Under the pieces are notes generated by a model. That model did no database searches. It was not told the DNA's origin and saw nothing but the letters and a program-made list of their open reading frames with translations. This document shows positions 55,197-64,000 of a stretch of DNA of 64,000 nucleotides, one piece after another (the stretch's first letter is position 1; each line of letters opens with the position of its first letter). This DNA comes from Candidatus Cryptobacteroides sp. (lineage in GTDB: Bacteria > Bacteroidota > Bacteroidia > Bacteroidales > UBA932). The stretch lies in contig JAZRWK010000001.1 in the NCBI GenBank assembly GCA_045599665.1, forward strand, positions 225-64,224. Direction: 5' to 3'. The position numbers and the translations under genes are program-made.

Positions 55197-57898
55197 TGTC
55201 ATTCTGGAGGAATCTGATATTATCGGCAGCTCTTTTCGTCCTGTCGATTCCGTCCTTCGCACAGAAGAAAACTGAGCAGGTTGACTCTTTGGTCAATCTG
55301 CTCAGTGCTCAGTCTATGGAGCTCATTGAGAAGCACGGAGTCAGTTACAGGAAGGTCACAGGACCTGCCCGTTTCCTCCACAACAACACATATCTGATCT
55401 GCGATACCGCTCTGTGGAATGTCAACAGAGAGGAGATCGAGGCCTGGGGCCATGTAAAGATCCTTCAGAACGAGACAGTCCTCACCAGTGACAAGCTGAC
55501 TTACGTCATTGAGGAAGACCTTGCTAAGTTCAGAGGAACGGTCGTCCAGCTGGAAGACAAGGACCACAATACCCTGAGGACAAAGCACCTTGACTACAAT
55601 ACCAAGGACAGTATCGCTGTGTTCCGTAACGGAGCATCCATGAGGGACAAGGACGGACAGATCATAGAGAGTCTCAGCGGTACCTATGATTCCAAGATCA
55701 AGCTCTTTGTCTTCACTGACAACGTGAACATGTTCACTGACAGCATATTCGTGAAGACATCCAGGATCGAGTACGACACGAACCGGGATTATGCGACTTT
55801 CGGCAGGAGTACTGACGCGTGGAAGGACGATGACATGCTGTCTGCGGAGGCGGGATGGTACGACAGAAGGAAAGAGACTTTCTTCTTCCGGGACAAAGTC
55901 CATATCATGACGCAGGACCAGGAGGCGTGGTCGGACTCACTCTTCTTCAAGAGGAATACCATGGATGTGGAGATGCTCGGCAATGTCCAGCTTACAGATA
56001 CGACACGAAACGCTTCGGCAGTAGCAGGAAGGCTTGAGTATATTGATTCTCTTGGCCAGGTGACCTTGACCAGGAATCCTGCCATAGTCGGTGTGACGGA
56101 CTCGACAGGTACGGCCAGGGATACGGTGTATCTTGGAGGAAATGTCCTCAGGATGCGCTCGATAATGAAATTTGAGATTGACTCACTCGAATATACCTAT
56201 GCTGCTAAGCGTCTTGAGGATATAAATTCAGATCCGGTCGGCGCATATAGGAAGTCTGCCTACGAAGAAGCTCGTAAGGCCGCAGAGGAGGCCAAGAGGA
56301 ACGATGCTGACTATAAGGCGGAGCAGGAGGCGAAGGCTAAGCGCGATGCACGAGCCCAGGAGGATGCCCAGCGGGCGCAGACCATGCCTCAGTCGGAGCC
56401 GCCTTCGGAAGAAGTCGGCACCGGTTCTGATGAGGGCGGAACTTCGGACGAAGGTGAGTCTTCGGACGGAGCAGAACAGTCGGTCGAGGGCGAGTCTCCT
56501 GATAAGGGGGAGCCGACGGAAGCAGATGAATCGATTCCAGATTTGGAGCCGGAACCAGAACCCGAACCAGAGCAAGAACCCGGACCAGAGCAAGAGCCCG
56601 AGCCAGAACCCGAACCAGAGCCCGAGCCGGAACCTATGGTTCCTGAGGCACCGAAGGATTCGACGAAGGTCGCTTTCCTCGAGGCGATAGGTAAGGTACG
56701 TCTCTACAGGGACGACTTCCAGATGCGATGCGATTCGCTCAAGTTCAATGAGCTTGATTCTCTCGTACGTCTGCACAAGGAACCTATCGTCTGGAACGAG
56801 GGTAACCGCCAGTACGCATCAGACAGTATATATGTAGCATTCGGTCAGAATAATCTCGACAAGGCCTATCTTATGTCAAATGCTTTCGTGACGGTCGAGG
56901 AGGCACCGGACTGCTACGACCAGATACGAAGCACGGAGATGCTGGCTTTCTTTGACGAGGAGGGCTTGCTGAGGCGCTTCGATGCACTCGGCGGGGCCGA
57001 TGCTATATTCTATCTGCAGGAGGACAGTACTTTCGCGACTGTCAACAGAAGCCAGTCGAAACTGCTGAGCGCAACTTTCCGCTCAGGAGAGCTTGAAGGC
57101 GTGGACTATTACCAGGGTCCTAAGAACAACGCCTTCCCTCTGGCACAGATGGTCAAGGACGACAGGGTCCTTAAGGGCTTCAACTGGCAGCCTGATATCC
57201 GTCCGGCAGGGCCAGAAGATATTACAGACTACGTCCCGAGGGCTACGCAGAGGAAGATGTACTCGGCGCGTCCACGTGCGAAGTTCCATCAGACAGACAT
57301 CTATTTCCCTGGCTATATGTCAGGTGTCTATAAGAAGATAGAGGAGAATGAGCGTAAGGCTCGGGAAAGGCGCGAAGCAGAGGCGAGGGCGAAGCAGGAT
57401 GCTGAGATCGCAGAGGTGGATGACCAGTCTGGAGAAACCCTTTCTGGTGAAGACGCAACGGCACCGGATGAGAGCGGTGATGACGCCGGAATGGATGTGG
57501 ATGTCCCAGAGACAGACAGGTCCGAAGGTGGGACCCGTGATCAGGGCGGTGGCGACGGAGCAGGTACCATGGTCTCAGATTCGGTTGCAGTTTCTGCCCC
57601 TCAGCTGTCTGAGAAGGAGCTTCTGAAGAAGCAGAGGGAGGACGCCAGACTTGCGAAGCAGGCCGAAAGGGAGGCTAAATGGGCCCGTCTGGACAGCCTG
57701 GATGCGGCCAAAGCTGCTGTGAACGCTGAGAAACTTGCTGAGAAGGAGCGTCAGAAGAAACTGAAGGTGCTTAAGGCACGTAGCCGCCAGGAAGAAAAAG
57801 ACGCTGCCCGTCTTGAGAAATATCGTCTCAGATACGAGCAGCGTAAGGAAAAGAAATCCAAGGAGGAAAAACCTGTACTTCCTGTCAAGCGAGATTAA
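55196..57898 (+). CDS. OstA-like (LptA/LptD N-terminal beta-jellyroll repeats) protein with long acidic/Pro-rich disordered insert and charged C-terminal tail
   Basis: Signal peptide. Repeated OstA-like strands appear in residues ~40-330 and ~490-650. There is an E/P/K-rich insert including (EP)n, and a Lys/Glu/Arg-rich coiled-coil-like tail. Confidence 0.6.
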   Translation: MSFWRNLILSAALFVLSIPSFAQKKTEQVDSLVNLLSAQSMELIEKHGVSYRKVTGPARFLHNNTYLICDTALWNVNREEIEAWGHVKILQNETVLTSDKLTYVIEEDLAKFRGTVVQLEDKDHNTLRTKHLDYNTKDSIAVFRNGASMRDKDGQIIESLSGTYDSKIKLFVFTDNVNMFTDSIFVKTSRIEYDTNRDYATFGRSTDAWKDDDMLSAEAGWYDRRKETFFFRDKVHIMTQDQEAWSDSLFFKRNTMDVEMLGNVQLTDTTRNASAVAGRLEYIDSLGQVTLTRNPAIVGVTDSTGTARDTVYLGGNVLRMRSIMKFEIDSLEYTYAAKRLEDINSDPVGAYRKSAYEEARKAAEEAKRNDADYKAEQEAKAKRDARAQEDAQRAQTMPQSEPPSEEVGTGSDEGGTSDEGESSDGAEQSVEGESPDKGEPTEADESIPDLEPEPEPEPEQEPGPEQEPEPEPEPEPEPEPMVPEAPKDSTKVAFLEAIGKVRLYRDDFQMRCDSLKFNELDSLVRLHKEPIVWNEGNRQYASDSIYVAFGQNNLDKAYLMSNAFVTVEEAPDCYDQIRSTEMLAFFDEEGLLRRFDALGGADAIFYLQEDSTFATVNRSQSKLLSATFRSGELEGVDYYQGPKNNAFPLAQMVKDDRVLKGFNWQPDIRPAGPEDITDYVPRATQRKMYSARPRAKFHQTDIYFPGYMSGVYKKIEENERKARERREAEARAKQDAEIAEVDDQSGETLSGEDATAPDESGDDAGMDVDVPETDRSEGGTRDQGGGDGAGTMVSDSVAVSAPQLSEKELLKKQREDARLAKQAEREAKWARLDSLDAAKAAVNAEKLAEKERQKKLKVLKARSRQEEKDAARLEKYRLRYEQRKEKKSKEEKPVLPVKRD

Positions 57899-58844
57899 GT
57901 TTCTTCCTTAGGTTCTCAAGCATGTCTACAGTCATTGCCTCGAGGTCATAGCTAGGTTTCCAGCCCCACTCCTCTCTTGCACAGCTGTCGTCCATCCTGT
58001 CTGGCCATGAGTCGGCGATCTTCTGACGTACAGGGTCATTCACATACTTCATCTTGAAACCAGGGACATGCTCGCAGATCTTCTTGTAGATGATCTCGGG
58101 GTCGAAGCTCATTGACGCAATGTTGAATGAGTTCCTGTGGATGAGCCTTGAAGGGTCGGCGTCCATGATGTCTACGGCAGCTTTGAGAGCATCAGGCATG
58201 TACATCATGTCCATGAATGTGCCCGGGTTGAGAGGACAGGTGAATTCTTCACCCCTGACTGCGGAGTAGTAGATGTCGACCGCGTAGTCTGTGGTTCCGC
58301 CGCCGGGAAGTGTAGTGTAGGAGATGAGACCGGGGAAACGGACGGAGCGCGTGTCGACTCCATATTTGCTGTAATAATAGTCGCTGAGGAGCTCGGTTGC
58401 AACCTTGGTCACGCCGTACATTGACTTAGGTCTCTGGATCGTATCCTGAGGAGTACCGACTCTAGGTGTCTCAGGTCCGAATGAGCCGATCGAGCTTGGG
58501 GTGAACACCGCGCAGCTGTTTTCTCTTGCAATCTCAAGGATGTTGATCAGTCCGTCCATCTGGATTCTCCAGGCGAGGAGAGGCTTGCTCTCTGCGACCG
58601 CTGACAGAAGGGCGGCGAGGTTGTAGATGGTGTCTATACTGTATTTTCTGACGATTTCTGCGAGCTGGGCGCCGTTGAGGACGTCTGCGACTTCTGCCGG
58701 ACCTGATTCGAGAAGGTCTCCTTTTGGCTCTGCTCCAGGGATGTAGCCGGCGACGATATTGCCTTCAGGAATCATTCTCCTGAGCTTCATGGTCAGCTCT
58801 GATCCTATCTGTCCGGTAGAACCTATTATGAGCACGTTTTTCAT
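57885..58844 (-). CDS. tdh: L-threonine 3-dehydrogenase (SDR/epimerase-type)
   Basis: N-terminal IIGSTGQIGSEL Rossmann fold and extended-SDR length. It is divergent from kbl, the partner enzyme of the threonine-to-glycine pathway. Confidence 0.78.
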   Translation of the reverse strand: MKNVLIIGSTGQIGSELTMKLRRMIPEGNIVAGYIPGAEPKGDLLESGPAEVADVLNGAQLAEIVRKYSIDTIYNLAALLSAVAESKPLLAWRIQMDGLINILEIARENSCAVFTPSSIGSFGPETPRVGTPQDTIQRPKSMYGVTKVATELLSDYYYSKYGVDTRSVRFPGLISYTTLPGGGTTDYAVDIYYSAVRGEEFTCPLNPGTFMDMMYMPDALKAAVDIMDADPSRLIHRNSFNIASMSFDPEIIYKKICEHVPGFKMKYVNDPVRQKIADSWPDRMDDSCAREEWGWKPSYDLEAMTVDMLENLRKKLNLA

Positions 58845-58873
58845 TTTATTACTAATCAGTGATTTTCGCTTAG

Positions 58874-58881
58874 CAAATTTA
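58874..58881 (-). promoter_or_regulatory. Candidate -7 box (TAAATTTG) for tdh
   Basis: Exact TAnnTTTG on the minus strand about 30 nt upstream of the ATG at 58844. Confidence 0.4.
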
Positions 58882-58964
58882 TGGTAAAATCCCGAAATGG
58901 TAAAAGATTTATATGAATATTTTGATGAATGTGTAGACTTAGTGGGAAAACCGGTGTTTTTAGC

Positions 58965-58972
58965 TAAATTTG
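58965..58972 (+). promoter_or_regulatory. Candidate -7 box (TAAATTTG) for kbl
   Basis: Exact TAnnTTTG 38 nt upstream of the ATG at 59010. Confidence 0.45.
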
Positions 58973-59009
58973 TAACCCATTCATCTGAAAACTAAAAAAA
59001 GCGAAAGAT

Positions 59010-60200
59010 ATGTACGGCAAATTTCAGCAGCATCTTCAGAAAGAACTGACCGACATCAAGGAAGCCGGCCTTTACAAGAACGAGCGCAATATCGCTTCAG
59101 CTCAGTCCGCAGAGATTACTCTCCAGGACGGCTCAGTGGCTTTAAATTTCTGCGCTAACAACTATCTCGGCCTTGCAGATTCACCTCGCCTTATCGAGGC
59201 TGCAAAGAAGGCTATGGAGTCACGCGGATACGGAATGTCTTCAGTCCGTTTCATCTGCGGTACACAGGATCTTCACAAGGAACTTGAGAAAGCGATCTCT
59301 GAGTTCTTCAAGACAGAGGACACTATCCTCTATGCATCATGTTTCGATGCTAACGGCGGTGTGTTCGAGCCTCTCCTTACAGCAGAGGACGCCATTATCT
59401 CAGACTCTCTCAACCATGCTTCCATCATCGACGGCGTACGTCTCTGCAAGGCTGTCCGCTACAGATATGCAAATGCTGACATGGCTGACCTCGAGCGTTG
59501 CCTCCAGGAGGCTCAGGCACAGAGATTCCGTATCATCTGCACCGACGGTGTGTTCTCGATGGACGGCAATGTCGCTCCTATGGACAAGATCTGCGAGCTT
59601 GCAGAGAAGTACGATGCACTCGTGATGGTTGACGAGAGCCATTCTGCAGGTGTCGTAGGCAAGACTGGCCGCGGTGTCGCTGAGCAGTATGACTGCTACG
59701 GCAGGATCGATATCTTCACCGGTACCCTCGGTAAGGCATTCGGTGGTGCTGTCGGTGGATTCACGACCGGCCGCAAGGAGATCATCGACATGCTCCGTCA
59801 GCGTTCACGCCCATATCTCTTCTCAAACTCTATCCCTCCGATGATTGCAGCAGCGGCTATCGAGATGTTCAAGATGCTCGGTGAGAGCAACGAACTCCAC
59901 GACCGCCAGCAGGAGAATGTGACTTACTTCCGCGAGAAGATGCTTGCTGCAGGCTTCGACATCAAGCCGACTCAGTCAGCTATATGCGCTGTGATGCTCT
60001 ACGATGCTCCGCTCTCACAGAAGTTTGCGGCAAAGATGGCGGAAGAGGGAATCTTCGTGACAGGTTTCTACTATCCTGTGGTTCCTAAGGGCCAGGCCCG
60101 CATACGTGTCCAGCTCTCTGCTGCCCACAAGAAGGAGCACCTTGACAAGGCTATCGCTGCCTTCATCAAGGTAGGCAAGGAACTCGGTGTGATCAAGTAA
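59010..60200 (+). CDS. kbl: Glycine C-acetyltransferase (2-amino-3-ketobutyrate CoA ligase)
   Basis: Alpha-oxoamine synthase family. PLP-Lys context GTLGKAFGG and DESHSAGVVG. Confidence 0.9.
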   Translation: MYGKFQQHLQKELTDIKEAGLYKNERNIASAQSAEITLQDGSVALNFCANNYLGLADSPRLIEAAKKAMESRGYGMSSVRFICGTQDLHKELEKAISEFFKTEDTILYASCFDANGGVFEPLLTAEDAIISDSLNHASIIDGVRLCKAVRYRYANADMADLERCLQEAQAQRFRIICTDGVFSMDGNVAPMDKICELAEKYDALVMVDESHSAGVVGKTGRGVAEQYDCYGRIDIFTGTLGKAFGGAVGGFTTGRKEIIDMLRQRSRPYLFSNSIPPMIAAAAIEMFKMLGESNELHDRQQENVTYFREKMLAAGFDIKPTQSAICAVMLYDAPLSQKFAAKMAEEGIFVTGFYYPVVPKGQARIRVQLSAAHKKEHLDKAIAAFIKVGKELGVIK

Positions 60201-60211
60201 TCCAGATCGGA

Positions 60212-60259
60212 ATAAAGAAAGAACCGGAGCACTGAAAAGTGCTCCGGTTCTTTCTTTAT
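60212..60259. terminator. Bidirectional terminator between kbl and the convergent lipoprotein gene
   Basis: 21-bp perfect stem ATAAAGAAAGAACCGGAGCAC / GTGCTCCGGTTCTTTCTTTAT with loop TGAAAA. The right arm overlaps the stop codon of the minus-strand gene. Confidence 0.65.
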
Positions 60260-60687
60260 CTGATTTTGTAGGTCCAGACGGTTTCTTCTTTTCCGTTGAA
60301 CTCATAGCTGACTGAATAGGACAGCGACTTGTAGTCTTCGCTCAGCTGGCTTGAGATGTCCGGCCACTGTTTCTTGATTGCGCTTTCGATCTCAGCTCCA
60401 ATCTTTTCAGCCATTGTACGGGTGGCCTTGCCGTTATGCTGTGAGCGGAGCACAATATATTCGCCCATGTACTCAGCGTCCTGTGAATTCCAGATCTTGT
60501 TGACTATTACGTCGATTTCAGAACTTGTGACGCCTGGCTTAGGATCAATACCTTTGGATGAATACTCGTAACTTGTCGATTTTCTGATCGTGGAGTCGTA
60601 GTTGATGTCTACGATGCAGCTGGTCGTCATAAGGCCGGCAATGGCAATCATGGCAATTGCCATGATTGTTGAAATGAATTTTCTCAT
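60256..60687 (-). CDS. Hypothetical lipoprotein (143 aa)
   Basis: MRKFISTIMAIAMIAIAGLMTTSC lipobox. I use the ATG at 60687. It lies 34 nt downstream of pepT on the same strand. Confidence 0.6.
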   Translation of the reverse strand: MRKFISTIMAIAMIAIAGLMTTSCIVDINYDSTIRKSTSYEYSSKGIDPKPGVTSSEIDVIVNKIWNSQDAEYMGEYIVLRSQHNGKATRTMAEKIGAEIESAIKKQWPDISSQLSEDYKSLSYSVSYEFNGKEETVWTYKIR

Positions 60688-60721
60688 GGTGTTGTCTGTT
60701 TTTTTGTTTATAGGATTAGAA

Positions 60722-61942
60722 TTATTCTGCGAAGTTGCGGATGATGTTGAGGATGACCTCGGACGCCTTCTCCATTGACTCGAGAGGAACGAACTCCATC
60801 TTTCCATGGAAGTTCAGACCGCCTGCGAAGATGTTAGGGCAAGGGAGACCCTTGAAGCTGAGGTTTGCACCGTCGGTACCGCCGCGGATAGGCTGGATCT
60901 TCGGCTTCAGGCCTGCCATCTCCATAGCCTTCACCGCCTTGTCGATGATATGGTAGTGTGGCTCGACCATCTCGCGCATGTTGTAGTACTGGTCCTTGAT
61001 GACAGCGGTCGCTGTGCCTTCGCCCCACTTGCTGTTGATGAAGTCCACACACTGCTGCATTGTGACCTTCTTAGCCTCGAACTTCTCGCGGGCATGGTCA
61101 CGGATGATGTAGGCGATGTCTGCCTCTTCTACGCTGCCCTCAAGGGCGATCAGGTGGAAGAATCCTTCGTAGTCCTGGGTGTACTCAGGGCGCTGGTTGA
61201 CAGGGAGGAGTGCGTTGAGCTCGCAGGCTACCTGGAGCGCGTTCTTCATCTTTCCCTTCGCATAGCCAGGGTGCACGTTGCGGCCCTGGATATGGATCTT
61301 TGCTGAACCTGCGTTGAAGTTCTCGAACTCAAGCTCGCCGACTGCTCCTCCGTCCATTGTGTAAGCGAAGTCGGCACCGAACTTGGCGACATCGAACTTC
61401 ACTACGCCACGGCCGATCTCCTCGTCAGGAGTGAATCCGATCTTGATCTCGCCATGCCTGAATTCAGGATGGTTTACAATATACTGCACAGCATCCATGA
61501 TCTCGGCGATGCCGGCCTTGTCATCCGCGCCGAGGAGGGTTGTTCCGTCGGTAGTGATGAGGGTCTGGCCCTTGTAGTCGAGCATCTCTGGGAACTCGGA
61601 TGGCTTGAGGAAGAGGCCTGGGTTGCCCTTGAGGGCGATCTCGCCTCCGTCGTAGTTCTCGATGATCTGAGGCTTCACGTCCTTTCCTGATGCATCTGGA
61701 GATGTGTCGGCATGGGCGATGAAACCGATTGCAGGAACCTTCGCCTCGATGTTTGAAGGAATCGTTCCCATTACATAGCCATATTCGTCGATGGTCGATG
61801 CTACGCCCATCGCGTTGAGTTCGTCGTTGAGGAGGTTCAGGAGGTCAAGCTCCTTCGCGGCGCTTGGCTGTGTCTCGCTGTTCTCGTCTGACATTGTGTC
61901 GATTGACACGTATCTGAGGAATCTGTCAAGAATCTTTTCCAT
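60722..61942 (-). CDS. pepT: Peptidase T (tripeptide aminopeptidase, M20B)
   Basis: N-terminus MEKILDRFLRYVSIDT, metal-ligand context IGFIAHADTSPD. 406 aa. Confidence 0.9.
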   Translation of the reverse strand: MEKILDRFLRYVSIDTMSDENSETQPSAAKELDLLNLLNDELNAMGVASTIDEYGYVMGTIPSNIEAKVPAIGFIAHADTSPDASGKDVKPQIIENYDGGEIALKGNPGLFLKPSEFPEMLDYKGQTLITTDGTTLLGADDKAGIAEIMDAVQYIVNHPEFRHGEIKIGFTPDEEIGRGVVKFDVAKFGADFAYTMDGGAVGELEFENFNAGSAKIHIQGRNVHPGYAKGKMKNALQVACELNALLPVNQRPEYTQDYEGFFHLIALEGSVEEADIAYIIRDHAREKFEAKKVTMQQCVDFINSKWGEGTATAVIKDQYYNMREMVEPHYHIIDKAVKAMEMAGLKPKIQPIRGGTDGANLSFKGLPCPNIFAGGLNFHGKMEFVPLESMEKASEVILNIIRNFAE

Positions 61943-61973
61943 ATTCAGTGTTGAGTTGTTTCTAAGTCTGTTC

Positions 61974-63944
61974 CTATTTCTTGTCTGCCTTGAGCGATGA
62001 GCAGACCATGAAAGCGATGAGTCCGAGGAATGGGATGATAGCCACGGCCTCGCCCCAGCTCTCGTTCCATGAGTACATGAAGACGTCTACCTTCGCGAAC
62101 TTGAGGATAGCGCTGACTACGCCCATGAGAGCGCCGCCGGCGATGAAACCGGAAGCGATGAGGGTTCCCTTCTCCTGACGTGCGTCGTTGACTTCCTTTT
62201 CCTTGCTTCTGGTGCTTACGTACCATGAGATCGCTCCACCGACGAGAAGCGGAAGGTTGAGGTCGATAGGTATGAACATGCCAAGTGCGAATGCAAGTGC
62301 AGGCACCTTGAAGATGGTGAGCACGATTGCGAGGACTGCGCCGATTCCGTAGAGGAGCCAAGGTGCGCCGCCGCCGTTCATCATAGGCTGGATGACAGCT
62401 GCCATGGCGTTTGCCTGAGGCGCTACGAGTGCGTTGTCACCTGAGAGTCCGTATGTCTTGTTGAGGACCATCATGACACCGCATACGGTAGCTGCAGAAA
62501 CGAAGGTTCCGACGAACTTCCAGATTTCCTGCTTCTTAGGTGTCGTTCCGATCCAGTATCCGATCTTGAGGTCGGTGATGAATGAACCTGCCACAGAGAG
62601 CGCGGTGCAGACCACACCTCCAATCACCAGGGCTGCTGCCATTCCGGCGTCACCCTTGAGCCCTACGGCTACGAGGATGAGGGACGCGATGATGAGGGTC
62701 ATGAGTGTCATTCCACTGACCGGGTTGGTACCTACGATAGCGATGGCGTTGGCTGCCACGGTGGTGAAGAGGAATGAGATGACAGTCACGATGAGAAGGC
62801 CGATGATTGCCTGCCAGATATTGTTCACTACGCCGCCGAATGCGAAGAATGTGAACACTGCGAGGAGGGCGATCACGATACCGAAGACGATGGTCTTCAT
62901 CGGGATGTCCTGCTGGGTACGCTCAGGAAGGGCTTCCTTGCCTTCCTTGCGGCGGAACTCGTTCACTGCGAGCACGACTGCGGACCTGATGACTCCGAAC
63001 GACTTGATGATACCGATGATGCCGGCTGTCGCGATACCGCCGATTCCGATATGCCTTGCGTATTCCTTGAAGATCTGCTCAGGGGCCATCTCGCCTATGG
63101 TCATGGTTATGCCAGTTCCCATGAGATCGATGACCTGGCCGCCCCAGATAAGGTTCATGGCTGGTATGATCACGAGCCATACGAGGAATGAACCGCAGCA
63201 GATGATGAATGCGTATTTGAGACCGACGATGTAGCCGAGACCGAGGACGGCTGCGCCTGTGTTGATCTTGAGCATGAGTTTTGCCTTCTCGGCGATCGTC
63301 TGGCCAATGCCGCAGACTGTAGTGGTGAGAGTCTCACCCCATGCGCCGAAAGTTGCGACGATGAAGTCGTAGAGACCTCCGATGAGACCGCTCAGGAGAA
63401 GGGTCTTGGCACTGTTTCCGCCGCCTTCGCCGCTTACGAGCACCTGCGTGGTCGCGGTTGCCTCAGGGAATGGGTACTTGCCATGCATCTCCTTCACAAA
63501 GTATTTCCTGAACGGGATGAGGAAGAGGATACCGAGCACGCCACCGAGCAGCGATGAGAAGAACATCTGCCAGAAGTTTACGTCTACTCCTAATATATAG
63601 ATGGCAGGAAGCGTGAAGATTGCTCCTGCAACGACAGCTCCGGAACATCCTCCTATGGACTGGATGATGACGTTCTGTCCGAGACCGTCCTTCTTCTTGA
63701 GGGCACTGGTGAGTCCTACGGCGATGATCGCGATAGGGATGGCGGCTTCGAACACCTGTCCCACCTTAAGTCCGAGGTAGGCAGCTGCGGCCGAGAAAAT
63801 GATGACCATTACGATACCGAGGAGGACAGAATAAGGAGTCACCTCGACATAGTTCTTTCCCGGACTGAGGAGTGGGTTGTATTCCTCTCCAGGTCTAAGT
63901 TCTCTCTGGGCGTTTTCAGGCAGAGAAAAGTTCTGTTTTTCCAT
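61974..63944 (-). CDS. OPT-family oligopeptide transporter
   Basis: 656 aa, about 16 TM segments, OPT-like sequence throughout. Located upstream of pepT. Confidence 0.82.
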   Translation of the reverse strand: MEKQNFSLPENAQRELRPGEEYNPLLSPGKNYVEVTPYSVLLGIVMVIIFSAAAAYLGLKVGQVFEAAIPIAIIAVGLTSALKKKDGLGQNVIIQSIGGCSGAVVAGAIFTLPAIYILGVDVNFWQMFFSSLLGGVLGILFLIPFRKYFVKEMHGKYPFPEATATTQVLVSGEGGGNSAKTLLLSGLIGGLYDFIVATFGAWGETLTTTVCGIGQTIAEKAKLMLKINTGAAVLGLGYIVGLKYAFIICCGSFLVWLVIIPAMNLIWGGQVIDLMGTGITMTIGEMAPEQIFKEYARHIGIGGIATAGIIGIIKSFGVIRSAVVLAVNEFRRKEGKEALPERTQQDIPMKTIVFGIVIALLAVFTFFAFGGVVNNIWQAIIGLLIVTVISFLFTTVAANAIAIVGTNPVSGMTLMTLIIASLILVAVGLKGDAGMAAALVIGGVVCTALSVAGSFITDLKIGYWIGTTPKKQEIWKFVGTFVSAATVCGVMMVLNKTYGLSGDNALVAPQANAMAAVIQPMMNGGGAPWLLYGIGAVLAIVLTIFKVPALAFALGMFIPIDLNLPLLVGGAISWYVSTRSKEKEVNDARQEKGTLIASGFIAGGALMGVVSAILKFAKVDVFMYSWNESWGEAVAIIPFLGLIAFMVCSSLKADKK

Positions 63945-63976
63945 ATTTATAATATATGTGTGTTTGCTTATCTTGT

Positions 63977-63984
63977 CAAAGATA
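63977..63984 (-). promoter_or_regulatory. Candidate -7 box (TATCTTTG) for the OPT-pepT unit
   Basis: Exact TAnnTTTG on the minus strand about 33 nt upstream of the ATG at 63944. Confidence 0.4.
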
Positions 63985-64000
63985 ACGCTTTTTCATCCGT

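Overview
This 64-kb window looks like core chromosome from a Bacteroidales (Bacteroidota) bacterium. The assignment rests on the 16S 3' end (ending ...GGCTGGAACACCTCCTTT), on the many TAnnTTTG -7 promoter boxes in front of genes, and on the general absence of Shine-Dalgarno sequences. Coding density is very high and I saw no integrase, transposase, phage, CRISPR or recognisable defence genes. Left to right the content is:
- The 3' end of a 16S rRNA with tRNA-Ile and tRNA-Ala, followed by a terminator instead of a 23S gene.
- A CNNM/CorC-type protein, an acyl-CoA synthetase and a MOP flippase.
- A lysC-dapB-dapA-lipoprotein unit, then rimM-rpsP, tRNA-Leu, an S9 peptidase and tyrA.
- An atypical FeoB paralog.
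- An 8.5-kb citDEF-citX-citC::citG-acn-icd unit.
- A roughly 0.9-kb non-coding island built from four different tandem-repeat families plus inverted repeats.
- queH, an NhaC-family transporter and a hemerythrin/RIC-like protein paired with an atypical LuxR regulator.
- A 2-hydroxyacid dehydrogenase, a MacB-type ABC/MFP/TolC efflux operon and a GH31 glycosidase.
- tRNA-Gln and tRNA-Met(CAU), ispF, then mutL-rhomboid-EEP-tsaC-rsmE-yfcE-radA-dacB.
- A membrane-anchored peptide deformylase paralog preceded by repeat and hairpin elements.
- An NlpC/P60 hydrolase, a radical SAM protein, guaB with SurA-like chaperones and a large OstA-like protein.
- tdh/kbl, and an OPT-pepT-lipoprotein unit.

Nothing here is an obvious known accessory system. 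The items most worth follow-up are the repeat island (24.8-25.7 kb), the FeoB paralog with a degenerate G domain and an N-terminal Cys motif, the RIC-like/pseudo-receiver LuxR pair, the rRNA operon that stops after tRNA-Ala, the CitC-CitG fusion inside a citrate lyase-aconitase-IDH unit, and the hairpin/repeat elements upstream of the TM-anchored deformylase. All functional calls come from reading motifs and recalling family signatures. No database search was run.
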